Source: a virus. Taken from it: a DNA stretch of 64,000 nt. The position numbers and the translations under genes are program-made. Under the pieces are notes generated by a model that saw only the letters and a program-made list of their open reading frames with translations, had not been told where the DNA came from and ran no database searches. Positions 25,626-33,542 of the stretch are shown piece by piece; within the stretch, counting starts at the first letter, position 1; each line of letters opens with the position of its first letter. Location of the stretch: IMG/VR virus record IMGVR_UViG_3300032236_000971, positions 43,890 to 107,889 of that record. One strand, given 5' to 3'.

Positions 25626-26585
25626 ATGGCACACAATATCGAGTTCGTTAACGGTAAAGCTCAAATGGCTTATGCAGGCGATACGCCTTGGCATGGGCTT
25701 GGTGTAAAGGTTCCCGCTGATTTGACCCCTACTCAAATGCTTGAGGCTGCTGGGCTTGATTGGACGGTTTCGAAGGCTCCTGCCTTTGCTATGGTTGCCG
25801 ACGAGCCTGTAGCTATCGGTCAGTCGGCTCTTGTTCGCTCTATGGATAATGCTATCCTAGACGTTGTTTCTGATGACTGGAATCCTGTCCAAAACGAAGA
25901 GGCTTTTGACTTCTTCAACGAGTTTGTAGCGGCTGGTGATATGGAAATGCATACCGCTGGTTCACTTCAAGACGGTAAGATCGTCTGGGGCTTGGCGAAG
26001 ATCAAGGAAAGCTTTGAGCTCTTTAAGGGTGATAAGATTGATTCCTACCTGCTGTTCTCCAACTTTCACAAGTACGGTCACTCAACTGATGTGCGCTTCA
26101 CGCCCATCCGCGTAGTGTGTAACAATACGCTTACGCTCTCACTCAACTCTAAGGTTGAGCGTATGGCGAAGATCAGCCATCGTAAGGTGTTTGAGCCGAC
26201 CGCTGTGAAGGAAATGCTCGGTATTGCTACCGACAAACTTGCTAAGTACAAGGATATGGCTTCGTTCCTTGGCTCTAAGAAGGCTAAGGAAGAGAACATC
26301 GTCGAGTACTTTACTCGCGTCTTCCCTGTTTCTGGTTCTAATGAAACCAAGAAGAAGGAAGTGTCGAAGAGCGCACAGCTCGCTATGGATATTCTTCACA
26401 CTCAGCCTGGTGCTGAATTCGCTGAGGGTACTTGGTGGCAGCCATTCAACGCTGTTACCTTCTTGACCGATCACCTTGCTGGTCGTTCAGCTGACTCTCG
26501 CCTTACCTCTGCTTGGTACGGTTCTAACAAGGGTGTAAAGACCCGTGCGCTTGAACTCGCAATCGAAATGGCGGAGGCTGCGTGA
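25626..26585 (+). CDS. DUF932/DUF945-family protein
   Basis: PWHGLG, AGLDWTV, VQNEEAF, TAGSL, TPIRVVCNNTL, GTWW..FNAVT...DH. Confidence 0.92.
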   Translation: MAHNIEFVNGKAQMAYAGDTPWHGLGVKVPADLTPTQMLEAAGLDWTVSKAPAFAMVADEPVAIGQSALVRSMDNAILDVVSDDWNPVQNEEAFDFFNEFVAAGDMEMHTAGSLQDGKIVWGLAKIKESFELFKGDKIDSYLLFSNFHKYGHSTDVRFTPIRVVCNNTLTLSLNSKVERMAKISHRKVFEPTAVKEMLGIATDKLAKYKDMASFLGSKKAKEENIVEYFTRVFPVSGSNETKKKEVSKSAQLAMDILHTQPGAEFAEGTWWQPFNAVTFLTDHLAGRSADSRLTSAWYGSNKGVKTRALELAIEMAEAA

Positions 26586-27127
26586 TGTCGAAGAACGAAG
26601 TTGAATCGTTGATCAAGTCCCGGATTGATTGGATGCGTTTAGATACGATCTTTCCGGGGCGTATGGATGACATTATCGAAGAACACGGAACGATTGGCGT
26701 ATATCAAGTCGTCAAAACAGAAAACAAAACTGACGACTTGATATCAAAAGATATCGGTTATATCGGTAAAAGTCGTTCTATCTTCGGTCGTGTTTGGTGT
26801 TTGAGAGCTAACAAGCACAATGCTTGTAATTATATCAAGCACAACAATATTGCTTACTCTGATATTTGGGTTCGGTTTCTATTTACCGATCTCGAAAATC
26901 GAAGCAAGCTTGAAAGAATCCTTCATAGCCAAATGAAGGAAAAGTATGGTTACACATTTCAATGGCGCGAAGCTTCGGCTGGCACTGATGGCTCTATGTT
27001 ACGCCTCTACGAAATGATAGATAAGCTATCAACAAGAGAAGACGCCGAGAACATTTACATCTATGCGAGAGAGCGTTGTGTTCAGCTCTATCTAGAGACT
27101 CTTGGTAACGAAACAGAAAAGGACTAA
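26582..27127 (+). CDS. GIY-YIG-like protein
   Basis: IGVYQV...IGYIGKSRSIFGR. Confidence 0.55.
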   Translation: MMSKNEVESLIKSRIDWMRLDTIFPGRMDDIIEEHGTIGVYQVVKTENKTDDLISKDIGYIGKSRSIFGRVWCLRANKHNACNYIKHNNIAYSDIWVRFLFTDLENRSKLERILHSQMKEKYGYTFQWREASAGTDGSMLRLYEMIDKLSTREDAENIYIYARERCVQLYLETLGNETEKD

Positions 27128-27130
27128 TGT

Positions 27131-28261
27131 ATGGCTCGTCGTGCAGCACTTATAGCTAAGAAGCAGAAGACGGTTCGCATCTCACGTAGCGAATCCTATC
27201 TGGTCAACCGTAAGTATATGGGCGACGAGCCAGAGTTCCTTGGAGCAATGACTGACGGCGAATATGGGGTGGCGCTCAACTGGTACAACACAATGTGTGA
27301 TACAACGGATGCCCGTCAGTACATCACTGATTACCTAGTCAAACGCAACCGTAAAGCAGAGGCCAAGCTGTTAGCGAAGCTAGACAATTGCTGGGTTCCA
27401 ACAACTGTAGCTTGGCGTTGTCGTATGCTAGACCGTGGCTATGAAGTACCGCCAGAGGGAGGCTTTCTAGAGGCTAAACTTGCCGAGGCGCTAGGGCGAG
27501 TCACCCGAGCCGACGAGCAGCCGTTAGAGGGAGCCCTCTCGCCCTCTAAACGGTCAATCCAAGACCGTATGAGGGAGCGCCAGAGCGATATCATCGGCGA
27601 CATCGAAGAGCTACTAGACCAAAACAATAACGAGCTAGAGCTTTACGATTGGTTGAAGGCGAACGCTATACCCGCTACCTACTGTCAAGCTATAGTTGAT
27701 TATTACGCTCCTTGCCTAGACGAGCTGATTCAGGCGTACGAAGGGTCAGACCCGCAACTCAAGGAAGCCTATAAGCATATGAGCCGTAAAGAGCTCAAAG
27801 AGCGAGTTGTATTCTTTAACAAGCTGATTGATGACGTACAACGTTACGGCAACGTCACGAAGAAGGTTCGTAAACCGAGCAAGCCACGAACAGTCTCAGT
27901 TGAGAAGAAGCTTAAGAATTTTAAGTACCAGAAAGAGAACAACGAGTTCAAGATCGCCTCTATCAATCCTGAAAAGATTATCGGGGCACAAGAGCTTTGG
28001 ACGTTCAATACAAAGTACAAGATCCTAACGGTGTTTCGTGCTATTGATCGTGGTGGGCTTCAAGTTAAGGGTACGAGTATCATAGGTTATGATGAGGCTA
28101 GTAGCTTGAGTAAGGGAGTTGGACGTAAGCCAGAGTTAGTGCTTGACAAATTACAGAAATCAGGTAAAATAATATTAAAGAAGTTGATGGATGAATTGAA
28201 GACGGATAAGCCTCTTCAAGTTCGTATAAACGAGAACACCGTACTGATGAAGGTGACATGA
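27131..28261 (+). CDS. Hypothetical protein conserved in T4-like phages
   Basis: ALNWYN; SINPEKIIGAQELWTFNTKYK; RINENTVL. Confidence 0.75.
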   Translation: MARRAALIAKKQKTVRISRSESYLVNRKYMGDEPEFLGAMTDGEYGVALNWYNTMCDTTDARQYITDYLVKRNRKAEAKLLAKLDNCWVPTTVAWRCRMLDRGYEVPPEGGFLEAKLAEALGRVTRADEQPLEGALSPSKRSIQDRMRERQSDIIGDIEELLDQNNNELELYDWLKANAIPATYCQAIVDYYAPCLDELIQAYEGSDPQLKEAYKHMSRKELKERVVFFNKLIDDVQRYGNVTKKVRKPSKPRTVSVEKKLKNFKYQKENNEFKIASINPEKIIGAQELWTFNTKYKILTVFRAIDRGGLQVKGTSIIGYDEASSLSKGVGRKPELVLDKLQKSGKIILKKLMDELKTDKPLQVRINENTVLMKVT

Positions 28262-28410
28262 TGGAAATGGATGATAAAGATCAGCTGATCGAGTTTCTTG
28301 AAGACAAGATCGAGGATATGGCAATCACGATCTTTGATCTTAGGTTAGAGGTCAAGATCCTTACAGACGTTGTTCGTGATTTGGAAAATGAACTGAGGGC
28401 TAAAGAATGA
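28258..28410 (+). CDS. Small coiled-coil hypothetical protein
   Basis: Read by hand (MMEMDDKDQLIEFLEDK...); ATGA overlaps at both ends. Confidence 0.55.
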   Translation: MMEMDDKDQLIEFLEDKIEDMAITIFDLRLEVKILTDVVRDLENELRAKE

Positions 28411-28850
28411 TTGATTGTTGGATCTTTGATATGGATGGCACGCTATGTAATAGCGATCACAGGATGCATTACCTCGCCAACGGTAAACGAGACTGGGCTG
28501 GATGGTTCAAAGATATTCATCTTGATCCACCTCATCTAGATGTAGTGCAGTTTTATCATTATGCTGTAGAGAAAAACATTCCTGTGTTTATTTGTACTGG
28601 GCGTGATGATAGTTCTAGACCAGCTTCTCAAAAGTGGCTTGATGATCACGGGGTCACTGAAATCGAAGCATTGTATATGCGTCACACAGGTGATACACGT
28701 GATGATTCTATTGCGAAGAAAGAAATGCTTGAACAAATCCGTGCACTAGGGTATAATCCAGTGTTGGCTTTTGATGATCGTGATCGAGTAGTAAAAATGT
28801 GGCGTGAGAATGGTGTGCGTTGCTTTCAGGTAGCTCCAGGAGATTTCTGA
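28407..28850 (+). CDS. HAD-family phosphatase (stand-alone PseT/PNK 3'-phosphatase domain)
   Basis: FDMDGTL, TGR, LYMR..GDTRDD..AKKE, FDDRDRVVKMWR..G..CFQVA.GDF. Confidence 0.9.
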   Translation: MIDCWIFDMDGTLCNSDHRMHYLANGKRDWAGWFKDIHLDPPHLDVVQFYHYAVEKNIPVFICTGRDDSSRPASQKWLDDHGVTEIEALYMRHTGDTRDDSIAKKEMLEQIRALGYNPVLAFDDRDRVVKMWRENGVRCFQVAPGDF

Positions 28851-29080
28851 TGACACCAAGTATAGAAGAACGTCAAGCCTATGTAGAAGGCTATTCGGCT
28901 GTTAATCATTACAACCTTAAATCTAATAAGTTCCTTCCTAATCCATATGCTATGTTCACTGAGCCATTACTTTGGGAAGCTTGGGAAGTTGGTTTTAATG
29001 ATGCTTTCGACGACGAAATACAGGTACTCTCTATCATAGAGGAATTGACTAATGGCCAAGAAAACAGTAATGATGATTGA
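28850..29080 (+). CDS. Hypothetical protein
   Basis: ATG coupled to the upstream TGA. Confidence 0.6.
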   Translation: MTPSIEERQAYVEGYSAVNHYNLKSNKFLPNPYAMFTEPLLWEAWEVGFNDAFDDEIQVLSIIEELTNGQENSNDD

Positions 29081-29252
29081 TCCACCTTCGGGTTGGAAGT
29101 ATGGATTCCCTATGCCGATTGACCTCAAAGAGTCACAGGGTCGTGTACTTGAGTGGTTGGTTGAACATGGGTATCCTCAAAAAGAAATTGATGCTTGCGG
29201 CGGGTATTTCTATTGCCGCTACTATGAACAGGAGATTGAAGATGCAGATTGA
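29052..29252 (+). CDS. Hypothetical phage protein
   Basis: IDPPSGWKYGFP...WLVEHGYPQ. Confidence 0.7.
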   Translation: MAKKTVMMIDPPSGWKYGFPMPIDLKESQGRVLEWLVEHGYPQKEIDACGGYFYCRYYEQEIEDAD

Positions 29253-29478
29253 AATTGATGACACACTTCTTGATAAGCTTATTGTTGATACGCTGAAGCG
29301 AGATTATATCTCACAACAGAACGATATCAATCGTTTATTAAGTAAAGGCGAACTCCGCGATTTTGAACGTGAAGATCTTTGGATGCATAAGGAAACTGCT
29401 GAAGGTCTTGCGACCGTTCTTAGGTACTACATGTATCGTCCTGATGCTGATGCTTTCATTGCGGAGCATACTGTATGA
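29242..29478 (+). CDS. Hypothetical protein
   Basis: AGGAG RBS, ATG 29242. Confidence 0.65.
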   Translation: MQIEIDDTLLDKLIVDTLKRDYISQQNDINRLLSKGELRDFEREDLWMHKETAEGLATVLRYYMYRPDADAFIAEHTV

Positions 29479-29894
29479 ACCGTAGAGCATTCTTTGGTTT
29501 GCTACCTGCAGCTCCTATCGGTATGGTGATGGCTGCTGAGGCTATGGCAAAAGCACCGCCAGCGTCAATGGCTCCTGATAAGGCGTTGATGACTATGGCT
29601 GCTCATAAGCCTCCGCCACCTCCTCCCCCACCACCGAAGTATCCGCAGTGGGGATCATTTACTGTATATGATAAGGGTGATCAAGAGTGGTATAAAGATA
29701 TTGTATCAAAGCATCGATCAACCAACTTTGTTACGACTACTCAACCATCTAATATCATCCTTGGTGAGGGATTCAAGGTTGAATCAGCGCCCGGCCAATT
29801 TGATAGTGAAATAAAAGTTGATATGTCTGTCGGTAAAGACGGTCATCTTTGGCTGAAGATTAATGATGAGTGGAAGCGGATTGTCACCGAATAA
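29475..29894 (+). CDS. Protein with twin-arginine-like signal and polyproline linker
   Basis: MNRRAFFGLL...AMA; run of nine prolines. Confidence 0.65.
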   Translation: MNRRAFFGLLPAAPIGMVMAAEAMAKAPPASMAPDKALMTMAAHKPPPPPPPPPKYPQWGSFTVYDKGDQEWYKDIVSKHRSTNFVTTTQPSNIILGEGFKVESAPGQFDSEIKVDMSVGKDGHLWLKINDEWKRIVTE

Positions 29895-29896
29895 AC

Positions 29897-29930
29897 TTGA
29901 CTTTCAGTAGATGTTCCGCTATACTAAATA
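29897..29930 (+). promoter_or_regulatory. Composite sigma70 / late-like promoter for tmRNA
   Basis: TTGACT-N17-TATACT running into ACTAAATA. Confidence 0.75.
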
Positions 29931-29931
29931 T

Positions 29932-30200
29932 ATTGCTTGGTTGTTGAGGCGTTAGGAATAAACGATCCAGACTGGGGGGCAGTACCCCACGCCTCCACCA
30001 TAAGCAGATTGTGTCACACTTTATTGAGGTTGACGACCTCAAGTCTGCTTTTGATGGGGGCGAAATAGGCTCGATGGGTTGTAGTAAAGTTACGATTAGA
30101 CTAAGTAAACTCGTAAATGCAAACGATAACAATGCATCTCGTTTGGCTCTAGCAGCCTAACATGAGTCCGGTGGGAACTTGGAAACAGAATCCCACCACC
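29932..30200 (+). ncRNA. ssrA: Circularly permuted two-piece tmRNA (alphaproteobacterial type); ends approximate
   Basis: Acceptor piece ends GGGGGGCAGTACCCCACGCCTCCACCA at 30000; 55 nt intervening segment; coding piece starts GGGGGCGAAATAGG at 30056; G3-U70 pair; tag ANDNNASRLALAA* at 30119-30160; terminal GGTGGGA/TCCCACC hairpin. Confidence 0.93.
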
Positions 30201-30207
30201 TTTCCAT

Positions 30208-30284
30208 GGTTCCTTAGCTCAGCTGGATAGAGCATCAGACTTCTAATCTGAGGGTCGTTGGTTCGAGTCCAACAGGAATCGCCA
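30208..30284 (+). tRNA. tRNA-Arg(TCT)
   Basis: GGTTCCT/AGGAATC acceptor; TCAGA-CTTCTAA-TCTGA; GTTGG-TTCGAGT-CCAAC; CCA. Confidence 0.96.
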
Positions 30285-30299
30285 TTCTCTGGAGACAAT

Positions 30300-30500
30300 A
30301 TGAAGAAGATTAAAGATGTTCCTGTGGGCGTTTTAATACTTGTCCTTTCCCAATTTGTCTTCTATGGTGTAATATATCTGACCAAGTTTCCTCCTTTCTG
30401 GGAACTAGCTGGTATTGTATTTTGTACGCTTATAGCAAGCGATATGGTTCATTTTGGTATTAGATTAATCAAAGGTTATGAATATGATCCCGACGAATAA
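30300..30500 (+). CDS. Small membrane protein
   Basis: GGAG RBS, two hydrophobic segments. Confidence 0.65.
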   Translation: MKKIKDVPVGVLILVLSQFVFYGVIYLTKFPPFWELAGIVFCTLIASDMVHFGIRLIKGYEYDPDE

Positions 30501-30702
30501 TGCGATTGAAGCCATTGAGAACCTTCGTTTCACAAAGAACATTGACTACATTGATGCAGTTGTTTTATGGTGCGAGACAAATAAAATTGAAATTGAATTT
30601 ATTGCTGCTCTAATTAAAAAAGATCCAGTAATGAAGTCAAAGCTTCAGGTTGAGGCTGAGAATTTAAATATCCTCAAGAGAGGAGCTCGGCTTCCCATAT
30701 AA
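30478..30702 (+). CDS. gp33: Late promoter transcription coactivator gp33
   Basis: YIDAVVLWCE.NKIEIE...KSKLQVEAENLN; upstream of gp59/gp32. Confidence 0.88.
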   Translation: MNMIPTNNAIEAIENLRFTKNIDYIDAVVLWCETNKIEIEFIAALIKKDPVMKSKLQVEAENLNILKRGARLPI

Positions 30703-30724
30703 ATATTATTGGACAAGATGGGAG
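30692..30724 (+). promoter_or_regulatory. Late promoter TATAAATA inside an RBS-sequestering hairpin
   Basis: TATAAATA 30698-30705; TTCCCAT 30692-30698 pairs with ATGGGAG 30718-30724. Confidence 0.65.
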
Positions 30725-30730
30725 AACTGT

Positions 30731-31183
30731 ATGCTATTAAAGACAGCAGGTAAACCCAAGAAGGTACCAATAAAATTATGTAAAGAAGCTGTTAAGTGGT
30801 ACGGTAGATACCTTCTCGGAGACAGGCTTTATCACAAAGTCGAAGTATTAATTGAGTTCGACGACTCAGATTTAAACACAAACGTATATGGCTTTTGCGA
30901 TTGGAATGATACCAATGATCGCGCCAGAGATTTCACCATAACAGTTGATCCTAACTTAGGCAAGCGTAACATGTTACTTGTGCTTGCTCATGAAATGGTT
31001 CACATCAAACAGTACGCAAAAGGTGAACTAAAAGATTATGTGCGTGTAAACAAAGTCAAATGGAAAGGCAAAGTTTACAATGATAGCAAAATTGATTACT
31101 GGGAACAGCCATGGGAAATTGAAGCGCATGGTCGAGAAAAAGGTTTGTACTACAAGTTCACTGATTATATGAGGAGGTTGTGA
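30731..31183 (+). CDS. Zinc metallopeptidase-like protein (HExxH)
   Basis: LAHEMVHIKQY...YWEQPWEIEA. Confidence 0.85.
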   Translation: MLLKTAGKPKKVPIKLCKEAVKWYGRYLLGDRLYHKVEVLIEFDDSDLNTNVYGFCDWNDTNDRARDFTITVDPNLGKRNMLLVLAHEMVHIKQYAKGELKDYVRVNKVKWKGKVYNDSKIDYWEQPWEIEAHGREKGLYYKFTDYMRRL

Positions 31184-31449
31184 TGGGTTATAGTACAAGA
31201 AGAACTGCTTGCGTTGAGGTTGATGTTGATTTTGACCTCGATGATTTCGCCGAAGATGATTTGATTGACTATCTCGAAGATAAAGGCTATACCGTCGTCG
31301 AAGGTAAAGTCGATAACAAAGATATGAAAGAAGTTGACGCTATGATTTGGGAGCTTTACCAAACATGGAAACTTCCTTGCAATGAAATGGATTTTTGGAG
31401 AGCAATGCATAAATTTTTCTCCGATTACTACAACAAAGTTAGTGCATGA
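31180..31449 (+). CDS. Hypothetical protein
   Basis: ORF with overlaps on both sides. Confidence 0.65.
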   Translation: MMGYSTRRTACVEVDVDFDLDDFAEDDLIDYLEDKGYTVVEGKVDNKDMKEVDAMIWELYQTWKLPCNEMDFWRAMHKFFSDYYNKVSA

Positions 31450-32027
31450 TGTCTGCTTTTGAATGCTACAAAGAGTATATTGCTCTTAAGAATCATTTCA
31501 CCAAACCTTCATATAATTATTTCAAATACAATGGCAAGAGCAAGCTGAACATCAGTTCGTTTGATGCTAGAAAAGATAAGCTATACTTTATGAAGGTGGC
31601 CAAACACCCCGATCCACGAAACTATATTTTATCAAATTTGGTTAAAAACCCCAAAATTTGGATAAAGGAAATTGCATATTCCCAGAGCTCTGAAGGGGTT
31701 TATAGGGATTGGGCTAAACGTCAGCAGTCGTTGATGTACCTGTTTAAAGAAGAATTGTCCAAGTTGAATGCGGATTTTGATTCCAATTTCAAAGTGCTGG
31801 ACCAAACGCATCCATACGTTATAAAGCTTTTCATCCGCGAGGAGATTAGTCTTGAAACGTTGGTACTCCTCGTTGACCTTGTTAAATGTTCTGCTTACTG
31901 GGCAAAGAGGTTTGAATATGATCCTACAGTCGAAGATGTCTTGAACAAGATTATGAAGTACCGACCATTTATACAATATGACCGTGAGAAGGTAAAAAAT
32001 ATTGTACTTGACAAATTCGGCTCGTAG
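31446..32027 (+). CDS. gp59: Helicase loader gp59
   Basis: Y..YIALKNHF...YNYFKYNGK...RKDK; ISLETL; KYRPF; directly before gp32. Confidence 0.92.
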   Translation: MMSAFECYKEYIALKNHFTKPSYNYFKYNGKSKLNISSFDARKDKLYFMKVAKHPDPRNYILSNLVKNPKIWIKEIAYSQSSEGVYRDWAKRQQSLMYLFKEELSKLNADFDSNFKVLDQTHPYVIKLFIREEISLETLVLLVDLVKCSAYWAKRFEYDPTVEDVLNKIMKYRPFIQYDREKVKNIVLDKFGS

Positions 32028-32041
32028 GGTTATACTAAATA
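32008..32041 (+). promoter_or_regulatory. Composite sigma70 / late-like promoter for gene 32
   Basis: TTGACA-N17-TATACT running into ACTAAATA. Confidence 0.75.
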
Positions 32042-32113
32042 ATGTTGGAGCGTTTCTTTGATTCGCTCTTCATACAAACAATACTATTAATACTAACAAT
32101 ACGGAGAATACAT

Positions 32114-33016
32114 ATGGTAGATTTTGCTAAACTTAAGGCTAATTCAGGTAAGAAGTCACTTGAAGCCCTCACCGCTGAACTCACAAAGATCTCAGGCGGA
32201 CAATTCGATAACTCCAAAGATGACAGGCAGTGGTATCCAAACGTCGACAAGGCGGGTAATGGTTACGCTGTTATTCGTTTTCTCCCTGCTCCTGGTGATG
32301 AAGACATGCCGTTCATTCGCATGTTCAATCATGGGTTCAAAGGTCCGACTGGTTCTTGGTTGATTGAGAATTGCCCTACTTCAAAGGGTCAGTCGCATAA
32401 GTGCCCTGTCTGTGAAGCTAACTCTGAACTTTGGAACAGTGGTCTTGAATCAGATAAGACAATCGCACGTGAACGTAAGCGCAAGCTAACTTTCATTTCA
32501 AACGTGTATGTGATTACTGATCAGCAGAATCCAGAAAACGAAGGTAAGGTGTTCTTGTTCAAGTATGGCAAGAAGATCTTTGATAAGCTTAACGAGGCTA
32601 TGAATCCTCAGTTTGCTGATGAAGACGCTATGAACCCATTTGATCTTTGGGCTGGTGCTAACTTCAAGCTTAAGATTCGTAATGTCGAAGGCTATCGCAA
32701 CTATGATAAGTCAGAGTTTGCTAAGTCTGGTCCTATGCTTGATGATGATTCTGAAATGGAATCAATCTGGAAGCAGGCTCATTCTCTTCAGGAGTTCCTT
32801 GCTCCTTCTAACTTCAAGTCATATGATGAACTGAAGGGTAAGATGGTTAAGGTTCTTGCTTCTGGTTCGGCTGCAGCTGCTCGTGCTACAGCAGCTGTTG
32901 AGGAAGATGAAGCCCCATGGGAAGCTCCTGCGCCAAAACTTAAGGCAGCAGCTGCTCCTAAGTTTGATGAAGACGATGACGATATGGACAGCTTCTTCGA
33001 TAAGCTTAAGGCATAA
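32114..33016 (+). CDS. gp32: Single-stranded DNA-binding protein gp32
   Basis: DKAGNGYAVIRFLPAP, ENCP...CPVC, GKKIFDK, YRNYDKSEF, acidic tail. Confidence 0.97.
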   Translation: MVDFAKLKANSGKKSLEALTAELTKISGGQFDNSKDDRQWYPNVDKAGNGYAVIRFLPAPGDEDMPFIRMFNHGFKGPTGSWLIENCPTSKGQSHKCPVCEANSELWNSGLESDKTIARERKRKLTFISNVYVITDQQNPENEGKVFLFKYGKKIFDKLNEAMNPQFADEDAMNPFDLWAGANFKLKIRNVEGYRNYDKSEFAKSGPMLDDDSEMESIWKQAHSLQEFLAPSNFKSYDELKGKMVKVLASGSAAAARATAAVEEDEAPWEAPAPKLKAAAAPKFDEDDDDMDSFFDKLKA

Positions 33017-33018
33017 GA

Positions 33019-33046
33019 TTAAGGGGGCGAAAGCCCCCTTTTTTAT
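33019..33046. terminator. Terminator between convergent genes, possibly bidirectional
   Basis: AAGGGGGC-GAAA-GCCCCCTT followed by a T run. Confidence 0.9.
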
Positions 33047-33528
33047 TGCTTGCTCTGTACTTTTTCTTGCGTACGACCATAAGCAGTAACGCCGAGAATA
33101 GCACCAAATGATAGGTGAATCAATCCACCATTTGATAACGTTAGTGATTGCCAAGCGACATATGGCATCTTAGTTATAATTGGTATAAAGATTGATATGA
33201 TTGGGAACGCGACAAAGTCGCAAAAACACATAATCATATATAACCAACCCATTGCTGGACGCCAGTATGCTTTCATCCAGTGTTCTTCTTCTTTTTTCTC
33301 AGCTGGCTCTTGAACAGTGAACGTAACTTCTGGTTGCGGTGCAGGAGTAGGAGTTACTGGAGCTGGTGGCGGAGGAGGCGGAGGTTGAACTGTCTGTGCT
33401 ACAGGTGCTGGTTGAGGGGTAGGTGGCGGAGCAATTTTAGAAAGCTCTGCCATCATTGCTTTTGGAGCTACTCTTTCTACAGGAGGAGCAATATCGTCAT
33501 CATCAGTTGGTTTTGCAAATTTAGCCAT
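33043..33528 (-). CDS. Holin-like membrane protein (3TM holin family) with Pro-rich N-terminus
   Basis: WRPAMGWLY...GAILGVTAYGRTQEK. Confidence 0.7.
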   Translation of the reverse strand: MAKFAKPTDDDDIAPPVERVAPKAMMAELSKIAPPPTPQPAPVAQTVQPPPPPPPAPVTPTPAPQPEVTFTVQEPAEKKEEEHWMKAYWRPAMGWLYMIMCFCDFVAFPIISIFIPIITKMPYVAWQSLTLSNGGLIHLSFGAILGVTAYGRTQEKVQSKQ

Positions 33529-33542
33529 TGTTATTCCTTTTC

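Noticed and set aside
29884-30132. Minus-strand 82 aa ORF
   Set aside because: Antisense to the tmRNA, which explains the sequence
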